A stretch of 64,000 nt of DNA, taken from contig OY771555.1 of assembly GCA_963674785.1 (NCBI GenBank), positions 960,001 to 1,024,000 of the forward strand. Reading direction: 5' to 3'. Made by a program: the position numbers and the translations under genes. This DNA comes from Caldisericia bacterium (lineage in GTDB: Bacteria; Caldisericota; Caldisericia; JAAYUI01). This document shows positions 1 through 9,142 of this stretch, piece by piece. Numbering within the stretch: position 1 is the first letter of the stretch; each line of letters begins with the position of its first letter. The notes beneath the pieces were generated by a model. It made no database searches and was not told the origin of the DNA. It saw only the letters and a program-made list of their open reading frames with translations.

Positions 1-306
1 AGAGATAACATCGATACATCTGACATAATATGTATCACCGATGACCATCATTCCGTTTCCGATGACAGGATTTCTGTTCCATCCCCTGTTGGTTTTCAGT
101 TTCAGCTCCCAGGCGACATCATGATAGGTTTCGTAGTCCCAGGTATCAAAGGAATTTGAGGTGTGAGCGGCATTGCAGGCGTACTGTGGCCATGGTTTGG
201 GGATATTCTCTTCACCAAATATTATCTCATCATCGGCAGAAACTGGGTTTAAAAACCCGCCTATGGCAAGGAACAGAACAAGAGCAATTCTAACTAAAGA
301 TTTCAT
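1..306 (-). CDS. Secreted PQQ-like/BamB-type beta-propeller protein (partial, runs off window start)
   Basis: Not in the ORF track. AAGGAGG SD then ATG at 306. Reads MKSLVRIALVLFLAIGGFLNPVSADDE...PWPQYACNAAHTS...VAWELK...NPVIGNGMMVIG: signal peptide plus the WPQ..N..HT opening typical of PQQ-propeller proteins. Confidence 0.65.
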   Translation of the reverse strand, partial: MKSLVRIALVLFLAIGGFLNPVSADDEIIFGEENIPKPWPQYACNAAHTSNSFDTWDYETYHDVAWELKLKTNRGWNRNPVIGNGMMVIGDTYYVRCIDVIS

Positions 307-499
307 TAGCTCCTCCTTTATCATCAAATAAAGTATAACGGCAAATGATGTTCAAGTGAAGCGGACGCCTTTTTGCGGTTATGTGTTAATAGAATGATGA
401 AGTAAGAATCGATATGATTGATGTGTTAAACTTTGAATAATGACAACGAGTGCTGTAATGGAATCAAGAATGCTTATGTTTGGTGGAGGAAAGTAATAA

Positions 500-1732
500 A
501 TGAAGAACTTATTAAAATATTGGATAGGTATTATAGTGATAGGGGTTGTGATCATTTTGATCTCTACCATTTTTTTGTTGAAGCAGAGTAGAACCGAACA
601 TTTTTTGGAGTATACCAAATTAGATACTCTGACAATTGAAGGTGATATGATCAATACAAAGAGTTACCAATCAACTGGTCCATATTTGTATAGCTTATCA
701 AAAAACAATCTATATCGTTATTTTGCTGATTTGGATACTCATGAAATCTCAAAGATTGAGCTCCAATTTGATGCAGAATCTTCATATATTGAACATCAAG
801 TTATTTCAGGAGTTAATACTGTTACTGATGTCGTATTCCTAATCGGAGAATCTGAAGGTAAAAGGTATCTTACCATTGTGCGTAGAGAAGATGACGAATC
901 CCATGATTTCAAGATAATCAATACTTTCCCTGTGAGTGTTTCAAAGCTGGTGCATGTTTCAAGAAATATTGGTGGACACATAATCGGTGTTGAAGATGAT
1001 AACCAAACGATTGTGAAATATTCAGAAGATGGAAACGGGTTATTGAGAAAAAAACTTCCTACCCAATATATTTTCCCTGAGTATATCAGTCAATATTGTT
1101 TGTATGCATGTGGCACAAAAGATCTCATTTTTATCGACCCAGAAACTCTAGAGATAATGGACAAGTATCCACTTAAAAAAGAAGTAGAATTAAATAAGAT
1201 TATCCCCCCAAAATCTTTTATAGAAGATTTCATTGTTGATAATGAAATCTACGAAATAGTGCTTGAATGTCTCGAAAGAGAAACCAAAATTAGAAATGTT
1301 GAAAAACTATCATATTCCCCAAAAGCTTCAATATGGGGGCATAAAATCAAAAGTGAGAATTCAATTGATTATGGAGATGGCACGATAATTACTCTTGATG
1401 AAGGGTTTAAATATCTGAGATCACTGAACATCTTTGATGCACCTAGAGATGGGTTTAGGACATCTGATGTTTTCATAAAACAAAATAAACTGGATGTTCG
1501 TACAGAGATTGTTCTTATTTGTAGATTTAAAGGAATAAAAAATAAGTCGAGTTTTGTGAACTACCATATTGTAAAAGTTGAGCCATTTAACGATATAATC
1601 AACGATGTTTTCGAAGATAGATACAAAGCAGACAACATATATTTCATAGGCGAAAACAGCACTTACAAATCAATTCATCCGAAGCACTGGAAGTACATAA
1701 ACAAAGTGGAGACTGTTAAGTCAAAAAACTAA
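500..1732 (+). CDS. Hypothetical N-terminally membrane-anchored protein, 410 aa
   Basis: GGAGGA SD, long ORF, single N-terminal hydrophobic helix; no motif recognised. Confidence 0.75.
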   Translation: MKNLLKYWIGIIVIGVVIILISTIFLLKQSRTEHFLEYTKLDTLTIEGDMINTKSYQSTGPYLYSLSKNNLYRYFADLDTHEISKIELQFDAESSYIEHQVISGVNTVTDVVFLIGESEGKRYLTIVRREDDESHDFKIINTFPVSVSKLVHVSRNIGGHIIGVEDDNQTIVKYSEDGNGLLRKKLPTQYIFPEYISQYCLYACGTKDLIFIDPETLEIMDKYPLKKEVELNKIIPPKSFIEDFIVDNEIYEIVLECLERETKIRNVEKLSYSPKASIWGHKIKSENSIDYGDGTIITLDEGFKYLRSLNIFDAPRDGFRTSDVFIKQNKLDVRTEIVLICRFKGIKNKSSFVNYHIVKVEPFNDIINDVFEDRYKADNIYFIGENSTYKSIHPKHWKYINKVETVKSKN

Positions 1733-1768
1733 TAGATAATAGGTGCGTATCTAATTCGAATTATTATA

Positions 1769-1793
1769 CCAGAGTAGCTTGGAGCTACTCTGG
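1769..1793. terminator. Hairpin between convergent genes (probable terminator)
   Basis: CCAGAGTAGCT-TGG-AGCTACTCTGG, perfect 11-bp stem; weak U-tracts. Confidence 0.55.
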
Positions 1794-1805
1794 ATTACTT
1801 ACCCA

Positions 1806-2318
1806 CTATCCCTGGCTCATCATTCCCCAAAGCTCTAATCTAATGCCATTTGGGGTTTTAAATATTCCACGAAGCATGGGTGAACCTTCCATGTCTGGTG
1901 CTGGTTTTCTTTCAAACTCAATCTCTCTTTTTTCGAGTGCTTCAGTTACTTCCTCAATGTTTTCAACCATCAGACAGAGCTTGATAGCATTTCCCGGAGT
2001 TGCAATTTTTTCCTTGCCGTCTGCTTTATAGAAACTGAAATAGAAAAACTTGTCAGGATTTGTGACAGAACAATACCCCATGTTTCCATCAGCAACAAAG
2101 GTATCAAAGCCTAAGATGTCAGTCATAAACCCAACTTCGGCTTCGAAGTCATCAACATAATACTCGATCATGTGAGTCCAACATGGGCCAAGTTTGTAGA
2201 TGAATTCATTTTCATTTGCTGGCCACTTTGTTTGCCAATCTTCGGGTGTTTTCAGACTTGCTGCGATCTCAATTCTCTTTTTTCCAAACTCTCTACATTT
2301 TTCAATTAGTTCACTCAT
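1806..2318 (-). CDS. VOC/glyoxalase-bleomycin-resistance family protein with N-terminal extension (subgroup A)
   Basis: EYYVDDFEAEVGFMTDILG, VENIEEVTEALEKREIEF and FKTPNGIRLELW fit the VOC fold. Confidence 0.8.
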   Translation of the reverse strand: MSELIEKCREFGKKRIEIAASLKTPEDWQTKWPANENEFIYKLGPCWTHMIEYYVDDFEAEVGFMTDILGFDTFVADGNMGYCSVTNPDKFFYFSFYKADGKEKIATPGNAIKLCLMVENIEEVTEALEKREIEFERKPAPDMEGSPMLRGIFKTPNGIRLELWGMMSQG

Positions 2319-2328
2319 TATTACACTC

Positions 2329-2829
2329 CTATTCTTTCATTCCCCACAATTCAATTGGTATTTTGTTTGGTGTTTCAAGTTTGCAGACCAAAAGGGGATC
2401 ATTATTTTTTGGATAACCTTTTGGTTTATGGAAAAACTGCACTCCTCTTTCTTCAAGCTCTCTGTACTTTTTTTCAATTTCATCAATCAGGAATCCAATT
2501 GTGATCGACTCAGGTTGAGTTTGCCTCTTTATTTCTGAATCTTTCCAAAACCCAAAAAAGAAATCATTTTTTGGGTTTGATAAAACCGCATAATTCTCAC
2601 TTATTGCATTTGGGATCAAACCAAGAATATCCACAAAAAATCCAAGCTCTGCTTCAAAACTCTTTACAACATACTCAATCCAGAACGGTCTTGCGGGGTT
2701 CAGGGAAAAAGGATATTCATTTTCTGATTTCCACCAATCGATTCTATCATCGGGATTAAGCCTGTTATGAATGACAGTTTCAATTCGCTTTTTCCCGAAA
2801 TTCTCGCAGAGTTTGTTGAAATCTGACAT
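2329..2829 (-). CDS. VOC family protein (subgroup A)
   Basis: EYVVKSFEAELGFFVDILG, ELEERGVQF, ETPNKIPIELW; paralog of both neighbours. Confidence 0.8.
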   Translation of the reverse strand: MSDFNKLCENFGKKRIETVIHNRLNPDDRIDWWKSENEYPFSLNPARPFWIEYVVKSFEAELGFFVDILGLIPNAISENYAVLSNPKNDFFFGFWKDSEIKRQTQPESITIGFLIDEIEKKYRELEERGVQFFHKPKGYPKNNDPLLVCKLETPNKIPIELWGMKE

Positions 2830-2834
2830 ATGTT

Positions 2835-3344
2835 CTAATCCATTGTGGTGTCGCCCCAGATTTGGATCACGACTCCATTTGGACTGATTATTTTTCCTTG
2901 GTGGAATGTTGCTCCATCTTGAACTGGTTTGATTTCATCGATAAACTCAATACCTCGTTCAGTTAGAGTTTTTGCAACCTCTACAGGGTTTTTTACCCAA
3001 AACATCATTCTGAGTGCACCCTTTGGGGTCGCTGGAACCTTGTCATCCGATGCCCAGAAACCGAAAAAGAATTCATCCCCGGGTGACTTGAACATGATAT
3101 ACTCTTCATCAAATCCTTTAATTTGAAGCCCCATCATATCTGTAAAAAATCCAACCTCAGAAAGGAAATCCTCAACATAATACTCGAAATTTACATCCCA
3201 ACATCTTGAAAGGTCATTGCAAAACTCAATTGGAAACTTTGGAGTACTTGTAGCAAATTTCTGAAAATCCTCACTTGACTCGATCTTTTCAGCCTCTGCC
3301 CATCTTTTTTCTCCGAGTTCCCTGCATTTTTCTTTGAAGTCCAT
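2835..3344 (-). CDS. VOC family protein (subgroup A)
   Basis: EYYVEDFLSEVGFFTDMMG, LTERGIEF, ISPNGVVIQIW. Confidence 0.8.
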   Translation of the reverse strand: MDFKEKCRELGEKRWAEAEKIESSEDFQKFATSTPKFPIEFCNDLSRCWDVNFEYYVEDFLSEVGFFTDMMGLQIKGFDEEYIMFKSPGDEFFFGFWASDDKVPATPKGALRMMFWVKNPVEVAKTLTERGIEFIDEIKPVQDGATFHQGKIISPNGVVIQIWGDTTMD

Positions 3345-3355
3345 TTTGTTTTCTC

Positions 3356-4153
3356 CTATAGTTTTTCAATATTGAATTCATAAACTGGTTCATCTGGAAC
3401 TGTATCGAAAAAGATAATGTTCCCATCAGGGTCTTCCATTGTGGCACAATCGCCACCATTTTTGCCAGCCCTGAAATCTTTTTGGAATTCGTATCCTGCA
3501 GCCTTCATGTCGTCAACATTTTGTTTGACATCAGAACCTCTGAAATTAAGAACCCATTTCTTTTGCATGTTGATGTCACCATGTCTGAAGAGTGCAATGA
3601 TTCCGTTGTTGTGTTTGAGAATCGCCCAACCTTCTTCATCTGGGCTTCCGTCGATAAGGTCAAATCCCAGCCTAACATAGAAGTCAAGCGTTTCCTCGAA
3701 ATCCATACAATCAAGGCACATTTCGAATCTACCAAGTTTGAATCGTTTGTTTTCAGGTAGCTTTTTTATCCCAAATTTGATTTCAGGTTCATCAGCGGCT
3801 GTATTGAAATATATGACGTTTCCCTCGGGGTCGATTATCTCCATTGAAGGACTTCCATCGCACTCCTCAATATGCGCTTTTGTGTTTGTGATTATATCGT
3901 TTTTTTCGAGTTCTTTCTCAATATGGAATGGGTCCTTCCCTCTGAAGTGAAGAAGGTTTTTGTCAATGTGCCCCTGGAAAAGTCCCATTATGCAATTGCT
4001 GTGTTTCAGGATTGACCATCCCTGCTCAGGGTCACCACCGATTCTGTCAAATCCAAGCTGGTTGTAAAAATCAATTGACTCTTTTAGATTAGCGACATTC
4101 AGACAGATTTCGAATCTTCCAAGATTCAAATCAACATTTCTTTTTGAGTCCAT
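3356..4153 (-). CDS. Two-domain (tandem) VOC family protein
   Basis: Internal repeat LGRFE(I/M)CL...DFY..LGFD.I.G.P..GW.ILKH.N...DP(E/D)GN.I.F. Start placed at ATG 4153, just after the upstream stop. Confidence 0.8.
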   Translation of the reverse strand: MDSKRNVDLNLGRFEICLNVANLKESIDFYNQLGFDRIGGDPEQGWSILKHSNCIMGLFQGHIDKNLLHFRGKDPFHIEKELEKNDIITNTKAHIEECDGSPSMEIIDPEGNVIYFNTAADEPEIKFGIKKLPENKRFKLGRFEMCLDCMDFEETLDFYVRLGFDLIDGSPDEEGWAILKHNNGIIALFRHGDINMQKKWVLNFRGSDVKQNVDDMKAAGYEFQKDFRAGKNGGDCATMEDPDGNIIFFDTVPDEPVYEFNIEKL

Positions 4154-4157
4154 TGCT

Positions 4158-4619
4158 TTATTCTTCCCAGATTCTATTTTCTGGTCTTTCTTTTGGAACT
4201 GCATAGACCTCAACAGTGTAACCCATTGGGTCACGGACAGGGAACGCCCAATATGAATCCTGACACCATATTGGATTCGGGAAAAGTAGTTGAGCTCCTT
4301 CTTCTTTTAGTTTTTTTACAACTTCAGGGAAGACATCTGTTGGAAGTTGAATCCCCCATGAAGCCTCTTCTACCTCTCCACCCTCAAAACCTGGCAGGTC
4401 TACCCATTTCTCCCTCTTTGGAAGATTTTCCTTCTCAGTTTTGAACCACATCATGCTCATTTTGTCGGCCGTCATACCACAAAAAACATTGTCTGGCATA
4501 CCAAAATCATGTTCGCCCATTCCAATGATTTCTTTGTAGAAATGCCTGATCTCATGAACATCATTACAATATAAATATAAAACGTTGATTGATGCCTTAA
4601 TTTCATTTTTTTCTTCCAT
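4158..4619 (-). CDS. VOC family protein (subgroup B)
   Basis: INVLYLYCNDVHEIRHFYKEIIG ... VRDPMGYTVEV. Confidence 0.8.
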   Translation of the reverse strand: MEEKNEIKASINVLYLYCNDVHEIRHFYKEIIGMGEHDFGMPDNVFCGMTADKMSMMWFKTEKENLPKREKWVDLPGFEGGEVEEASWGIQLPTDVFPEVVKKLKEEGAQLLFPNPIWCQDSYWAFPVRDPMGYTVEVYAVPKERPENRIWEE

Positions 4620-4622
4620 GTG

Positions 4623-5078
4623 TTACTCCCATTCCTTTCTTTCAGGTGTTTTTTCAGGGACACAAAACACCTCAACTGTGTAACCCATTGGGTCGGAAAC
4701 TGGGTAAGACCAGTATGAATCAGATATAAATCTTGGTTTCTCAAAAACTGCTGGTGTTTTTTCAGCCATCAGTTTTCTTACGGTTTCTCGGAATAAATCC
4801 TCTGGATATTGAATTCCCCATGAAGCCTCTTCGATGCTACCAAAATCAGTTCCTGGAATATCTGCCCAGGGTTTTCTGAGGGGGAGTGAGACATATTCTG
4901 ATTTGGCCCACATCATTGTTATCCCGTCTGATGTCTGACCGCAATATAATTTTTCTGGGTCTCCAATTTTCTCATCACCGAGACCAATTATGTCTTTGTA
5001 GAAATGCCTTATAGAGTGAATATCGTTGCAATGAAGATAAAGCACGTTGATCGTGATTTTTGGTTTTTTTTCATCCAC
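4623..5078 (-). CDS. VOC family protein (subgroup B), GTG start
   Basis: INVLYLHCNDIHSIRHFYKDIIG ... VSDPMGYTVEV; close paralog of 4158..4619; AAGGGG SD. Confidence 0.8.
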   Translation of the reverse strand: MDEKKPKITINVLYLHCNDIHSIRHFYKDIIGLGDEKIGDPEKLYCGQTSDGITMMWAKSEYVSLPLRKPWADIPGTDFGSIEEASWGIQYPEDLFRETVRKLMAEKTPAVFEKPRFISDSYWSYPVSDPMGYTVEVFCVPEKTPERKEWE

Positions 5079-5104
5079 TTGTCACCCCTTTCAGACAATT
5101 TCCA

Positions 5105-5132
5105 ATTCTACGGAAAAAATTTGAAGTGACAA
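5105..5132 (-). promoter_or_regulatory. Putative sigma70 promoter of the VOC operon
   Basis: TTGTCA-16nt-TAGAAT on the minus strand upstream of the first VOC gene. Confidence 0.55.
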
Positions 5133-5168
5133 TATGTGTATATATACTTATGCTAACTATTATTATCG

Positions 5169-5801
5169 TTACTTTGATTGGTAATCACAAAATTCAACAA
5201 TCTTGCAAATATCACAATTTGGTCTTATAGGTTTACATACTTCTTGACCAAGTCTGACAAGCAGTTCATTAGAAATAATCCAGAGGTCTTTAGGGAGAAG
5301 CTCCATCAAAGCCTTCTCTGTCTGATCGGGTGTTTTTGTGTTTACCCATCCAACTCGATTTGAAATTCTATGGACGTGTGAGTCAACAGTGATTCCTGGG
5401 ATTCCGTACCCAAGGGTCAAGACCAGATTGGCTATCTTCCTGCCAATCCCTTTGAGACTTGTTAAGTCCTTCATATTATCCGGTGTTTTGCCGTTGAATC
5501 TGCTACAAATTTCTGATGCAAGGTTTACGAGTGTTTCACCTTTTGTTTTATAAAATCCTGCAGGATAAATGATTTTTGCAACATCTTCCGGGTCGGCTTC
5601 AGAAAGCTCAGAAGTGGATTTCCACTTTTCAAAAAGCCTTATTGTTGCGGGATATGTTACCTCGTCTTTTGTTCGGGCTGAAATCACTCCAGAAACCAGA
5701 ATCCTGAATGGGTCATGCTTATTGAGCCTCTGAAAATCCATGCCGTCCCGATCTTTTGCAAGGGTTAGGATTGCCTTCTCGGCATTAGTTTTTTGAGACA
5801 T
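5169..5801 (-). CDS. nth: Endonuclease III (HhH-GPD DNA glycosylase, 4Fe-4S)
   Basis: PFRILVSGVISART.D, HhH LKGIGRKIANLV, VDSHVHRI, C-terminal C-X6-C-X2-C-X5-C. Start at MSQK overlaps the selA stop. Confidence 0.93.
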   Translation of the reverse strand: MSQKTNAEKAILTLAKDRDGMDFQRLNKHDPFRILVSGVISARTKDEVTYPATIRLFEKWKSTSELSEADPEDVAKIIYPAGFYKTKGETLVNLASEICSRFNGKTPDNMKDLTSLKGIGRKIANLVLTLGYGIPGITVDSHVHRISNRVGWVNTKTPDQTEKALMELLPKDLWIISNELLVRLGQEVCKPIRPNCDICKIVEFCDYQSK

Positions 5802-7167
5802 ATAAAACAGCTTCTGCCAAATCTTCGTCTTGATGATCAAAAACTGTCCTCACGTCAAGAATTACTTTGTCATCAATGATGTGACCGATTACTGGAGTGT
5901 CTGCATTTCTTAATTTTGCAAGCATTGTTTGAGCAGAACCCTCAGGTGTGAGTTCTATTGCCCATGATTCAAAGTCGATATCTGGAAGTGAGCCTCCACC
6001 CATCTGTCCAGTGACTGGAATAACTTTTGGTGAGAACTTCTTAGTTTTAGATACTATCATTGAGTAAAGTTTATCAGCATGTAGTTTTAGTTCATCTGTT
6101 TCAATTGTTATCATTCTCATGACAGGATTTCTTTTTATGACTTCTGAGTCAGGAAGTAACCATAGTCTGAGAGTTTCTTCAATCATGCAGATGTGTGCTT
6201 TTGATAATCTATATGATCTCATGAGCGGATGTTTACCAATCCTGCTGAGATATTCCTCTCGACCGATAATGAATCCAGCTTGAGTTCCGCCAAGAAGTTT
6301 GTCCCCAGAAAAAAGCACAATGTCTGCACCTTTTTCAAGTGACTCTCTGCAGTTCGGCTCTTCTCTGAAATATTTGTGAGAGAGTGGTTTAAGAAGCCCT
6401 GAGCCAATATCATGTGCAAAAGGAGTACTATGTCTTTTTGCAAGTTCTGCTAATTCATCTTCTGCTGGGACTGATGAAAAACCCCGGATTGCATAGTTTG
6501 AGGGATGAATTTTGAGGATTAACGCGGTGTTTTCATTTATTGCTTCCTCGTAGTCTCTCAGGTGAGTTCTATTTGTTGTTCCAACCTCACGAAGGATTGC
6601 ACCTGATTGTCTCATGATATCGGGGATTCTAAATGATCCACCCAGTTCGATGAGTTCTCCTCTTGAAACAATTACTTCACGACCTTCAGCGAGAACTTTC
6701 AACATTAGAAGGACTCCTGCAGCATTGTTGTTTACAAGAACGCCAGCCTCTGCACCTGTTACGAGTTTGATTAGCTCCTTAACGTGTGAACCACGTTTGC
6801 CACGTTTTCCTGTTTCAAGGTCAAATTCGAGATTGCTGTAGTTGCAGGAGATTTGCTGGAGTCTGAGATTTTCTGCCATTGGAGCTCTTCCAAGGTTTGT
6901 GTGAAGAACAATTCCGGTTGCATTTATGATTGGTTTAAGTGAACTTTTCTTTAGGATTCCGAGATTTTTATCGAGAGCATTCAAGATTGCTTTTGGGATA
7001 TTTTCTTTTATCTTGCCAGAACCAATCTCTTTTCTGACCTCATCAATTGATTTTTTGACAAGTCTTGAAACAATTTCTGGATTGAATCTCTCAAATTCTC
7101 TTTTGAAATCCGGATCGTCAATTATTGAAGAAATCTGTGGAATTTCTTTAAAAAGCTCGTTACTCAT
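5785..7167 (-). CDS. selA: L-seryl-tRNA(Sec) selenium transferase
   Basis: INATGIVLHTNLGRAP, VNNNAA, VSRGELIELGGSFRIPDIM, EVGTTNRTH, PLP lysine FSGDKLLGGTQAG; GGAGGT SD before ATG 7167. Confidence 0.95.
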   Translation of the reverse strand: MSNELFKEIPQISSIIDDPDFKREFERFNPEIVSRLVKKSIDEVRKEIGSGKIKENIPKAILNALDKNLGILKKSSLKPIINATGIVLHTNLGRAPMAENLRLQQISCNYSNLEFDLETGKRGKRGSHVKELIKLVTGAEAGVLVNNNAAGVLLMLKVLAEGREVIVSRGELIELGGSFRIPDIMRQSGAILREVGTTNRTHLRDYEEAINENTALILKIHPSNYAIRGFSSVPAEDELAELAKRHSTPFAHDIGSGLLKPLSHKYFREEPNCRESLEKGADIVLFSGDKLLGGTQAGFIIGREEYLSRIGKHPLMRSYRLSKAHICMIEETLRLWLLPDSEVIKRNPVMRMITIETDELKLHADKLYSMIVSKTKKFSPKVIPVTGQMGGGSLPDIDFESWAIELTPEGSAQTMLAKLRNADTPVIGHIIDDKVILDVRTVFDHQDEDLAEAVLYVSKN

Positions 7168-7298
7168 AAACCCAACCTCCAATCACCTATGATATTAAAA
7201 GGATAATCATGAAATGACAAGATTTGCATTTTTAGATGACTTTTTTCTACCAACTCTCGTATAAGTTGAAAAGGAAAAACTGGAAAGGAGAAGTTGCC

Positions 7299-8591
7299 AT
7301 GAATAAGAGCCAGTCTAATGTTTTAATTTTTGTGATTGTTGGTGTACTTTTGGTTTCACTCATACCGATAGGTTTTGCAGAATCACATTCTTTTATGGTT
7401 TTGGTTGGAGAAGGTTACAATATTGTTGATACAAATCAGGTAAATTGTTATGACAACAGTGGGATAATGAATAATCCCTCAAAAAGTTCCAATTTTTATG
7501 GTCAGGATGCTCAGCATGATGGGAATCAGCCAAGATATGAGTTAATTGATGATGATATTGTGCTTGACCTTGTAACAGGTCTTATGTGGCAGCGTGATCC
7601 TGATGAAAAGATGAGTTTTGATGATGCTGTTTCTGATGCTGATGATTTTGAGCTTGGTGGTTTTGATGACTGGAGACTTCCATCTATCAAAGAATTGTAC
7701 TCACTGATTGATTTTTCGGGCTATTGTGGACGTTCTGCGTCGGAATCAAAACCTTTTATTGATACAGATTATTTTGTGTTTGAGTTTGGTGATGAGAGCA
7801 AAGGTGAAAGACACATTGATTCACAGTATTGGTCATCAACTGAATATCTTTCTACCACAATGGGAGGGAACAAAACAACATTCGGCGTTAATTTTGCTGA
7901 TGGTCGAATAAAGGGATATCCGCAATCAGCACCGCAAGGAGCACCAGGAGGGGGTCAACCAGGTGGAGGTGGAGCTAGACCTAATTCGACTTCTGCCACA
8001 AAGAAACTCAATTTTGTAATGTATGTCCGAGGCAATATAGATTATGGAATCAATGATTTCAGAGATAATGATGACAGTACTATCACTGATAGAGCAACAG
8101 GTCTCATGTGGACAAAGGATGATAGCGGAAAAGGAATGATTTGGAAAGACGCACTTGCCTGGGTTCAGAAGAAAAACAAAGAGAACTATTTAGGCCATGA
8201 TGACTGGAGGCTTCCAAATATCAAGGAGCTTCAAAGCATTGTTGACTATTCAAGATGTCCTGCTGTAACAGACAGTGCGGCTATCGACCCAGTGTTTGAC
8301 ATCACAAAAGTCGGAGATAACTACCCTTATTTCTGGTCAAGCACAACACATCTTGATGGCCCAAAAGATAAGCAAGGGTCAACTGCTTGTTACATTGCTT
8401 TTGGCGAGGCAAGAGGATATATGGGGCCGCCAAATGGCGGAGACAAAAAGCTGATGGATGTTCATGGCGCAGGTGCTCAAAGGAGTGACCCAAAGACCGG
8501 TGATCCCGATGATTATCCAGAAGGACATGGCCCTCAGGGTGATGTCATTAATATCTATAATTTTGTAAGACTCGTAAGGGATGTTGACTGA
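7299..8591 (+). CDS. Secreted DUF1566 (Lcl C-terminal) two-domain protein
   Basis: Signal peptide; two copies of D..TGLMW...DDWRLP.IKEL.S..D...(Y/F)WSST with a Gly/Pro-rich insert; AAGGAG SD. Confidence 0.88.
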   Translation: MNKSQSNVLIFVIVGVLLVSLIPIGFAESHSFMVLVGEGYNIVDTNQVNCYDNSGIMNNPSKSSNFYGQDAQHDGNQPRYELIDDDIVLDLVTGLMWQRDPDEKMSFDDAVSDADDFELGGFDDWRLPSIKELYSLIDFSGYCGRSASESKPFIDTDYFVFEFGDESKGERHIDSQYWSSTEYLSTTMGGNKTTFGVNFADGRIKGYPQSAPQGAPGGGQPGGGGARPNSTSATKKLNFVMYVRGNIDYGINDFRDNDDSTITDRATGLMWTKDDSGKGMIWKDALAWVQKKNKENYLGHDDWRLPNIKELQSIVDYSRCPAVTDSAAIDPVFDITKVGDNYPYFWSSTTHLDGPKDKQGSTACYIAFGEARGYMGPPNGGDKKLMDVHGAGAQRSDPKTGDPDDYPEGHGPQGDVINIYNFVRLVRDVD

Positions 8592-8637
8592 CTAGACCTC
8601 CAAAGCTAGCAACGATCCCCCACTTCTTTATGTTAGG

Positions 8638-8675
8638 AGTCCCTGACGCCCCCTAGTCGGGGACTTACCTTTTTT
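8638..8675 (+). terminator. Rho-independent terminator
   Basis: AGTCCCTGAC-loop-GTCGGGGACT followed by a T-run. Confidence 0.65.
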
Positions 8676-8676
8676 G

Positions 8677-8737
8677 CTACTCTTCAAAGATCTTTTCAAA
8701 ATCACTTCTATTCAATCCGCCCTATGTTGGACTTTTT
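8677..8737 (-). pseudogene. Orphan 3' end of the pyrimidine-dimer-glycosylase-like gene
   Basis: 8678-8707 is identical to 10262-10291 and the similarity extends about 30 nt further; reads KSPT*GGLNRSDFEKIFEE*. Confidence 0.7.
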
Positions 8738-8758
8738 GCGCCTTTTGATCGATAGAGA

Positions 8759-8786
8759 TTGACATAAGAGCCTCGAATCATAAAAT
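8759..8786 (+). promoter_or_regulatory. Putative sigma70 promoter
   Basis: TTGACA-16nt-TAAAAT upstream of the 8849 gene. Confidence 0.6.
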
Positions 8787-8848
8787 ATGTAGGTATTAGG
8801 TTGTCGGGTTTAAATGATTTTGTAGCTGGTTTATACAGGAGGAACATT

Positions 8849-9121
8849 ATGGGTGTGAAGTACATTGTTTTTGATTTGTCAAATGCCACATCTGATGATT
8901 ATAGATTGATCAAAAAGAGAATAGACAAATTTTATCCGGACAATATTCATCCGTTAAATACAACTTATTATGTAGCAACTGACGATTCTTGCAGAGATGT
9001 TTTTTTCAATATCGAGGAAGCATTCATGGGTGCTGATTACAAATTAATTGTTGGTGTACATGCAGGGAGTTATTCATCAGACAACTTAGATGTTGCTTCT
9101 TGGCTGAAAAAGCATAGGTAA
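8849..9121 (+). CDS. Small Cas2/VapD-like ferredoxin-fold protein, 90 aa
   Basis: AGGAGG SD; YIVFDL...DY..I...I....H.L.TTYYV.T...KLIV...WLKK pattern of stand-alone Cas2-like proteins. Confidence 0.6.
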   Translation: MGVKYIVFDLSNATSDDYRLIKKRIDKFYPDNIHPLNTTYYVATDDSCRDVFFNIEEAFMGADYKLIVGVHAGSYSSDNLDVASWLKKHR

Positions 9122-9142
9122 GCGATTTCTTTTAATAAGTGT

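Noticed and set aside
7299-8591. DGR target (DUF1566 has a C-type-lectin-like fold)
   Set aside because: No reverse transcriptase and no template repeat differing at adenines in this window.
8589-8620. Selenocysteine readthrough of the DUF1566 TGA (and of other TGA stops) given selA
   Set aside because: The domain is complete at VRLVRD and an in-frame TAG follows within five codons; other TGA stops checked fall at normal protein ends or overlap the next start.
8849-9121. CRISPR-Cas locus suggested by the Cas2-like gene
   Set aside because: No repeat-spacer array, cas1 or other cas genes seen anywhere in the window.
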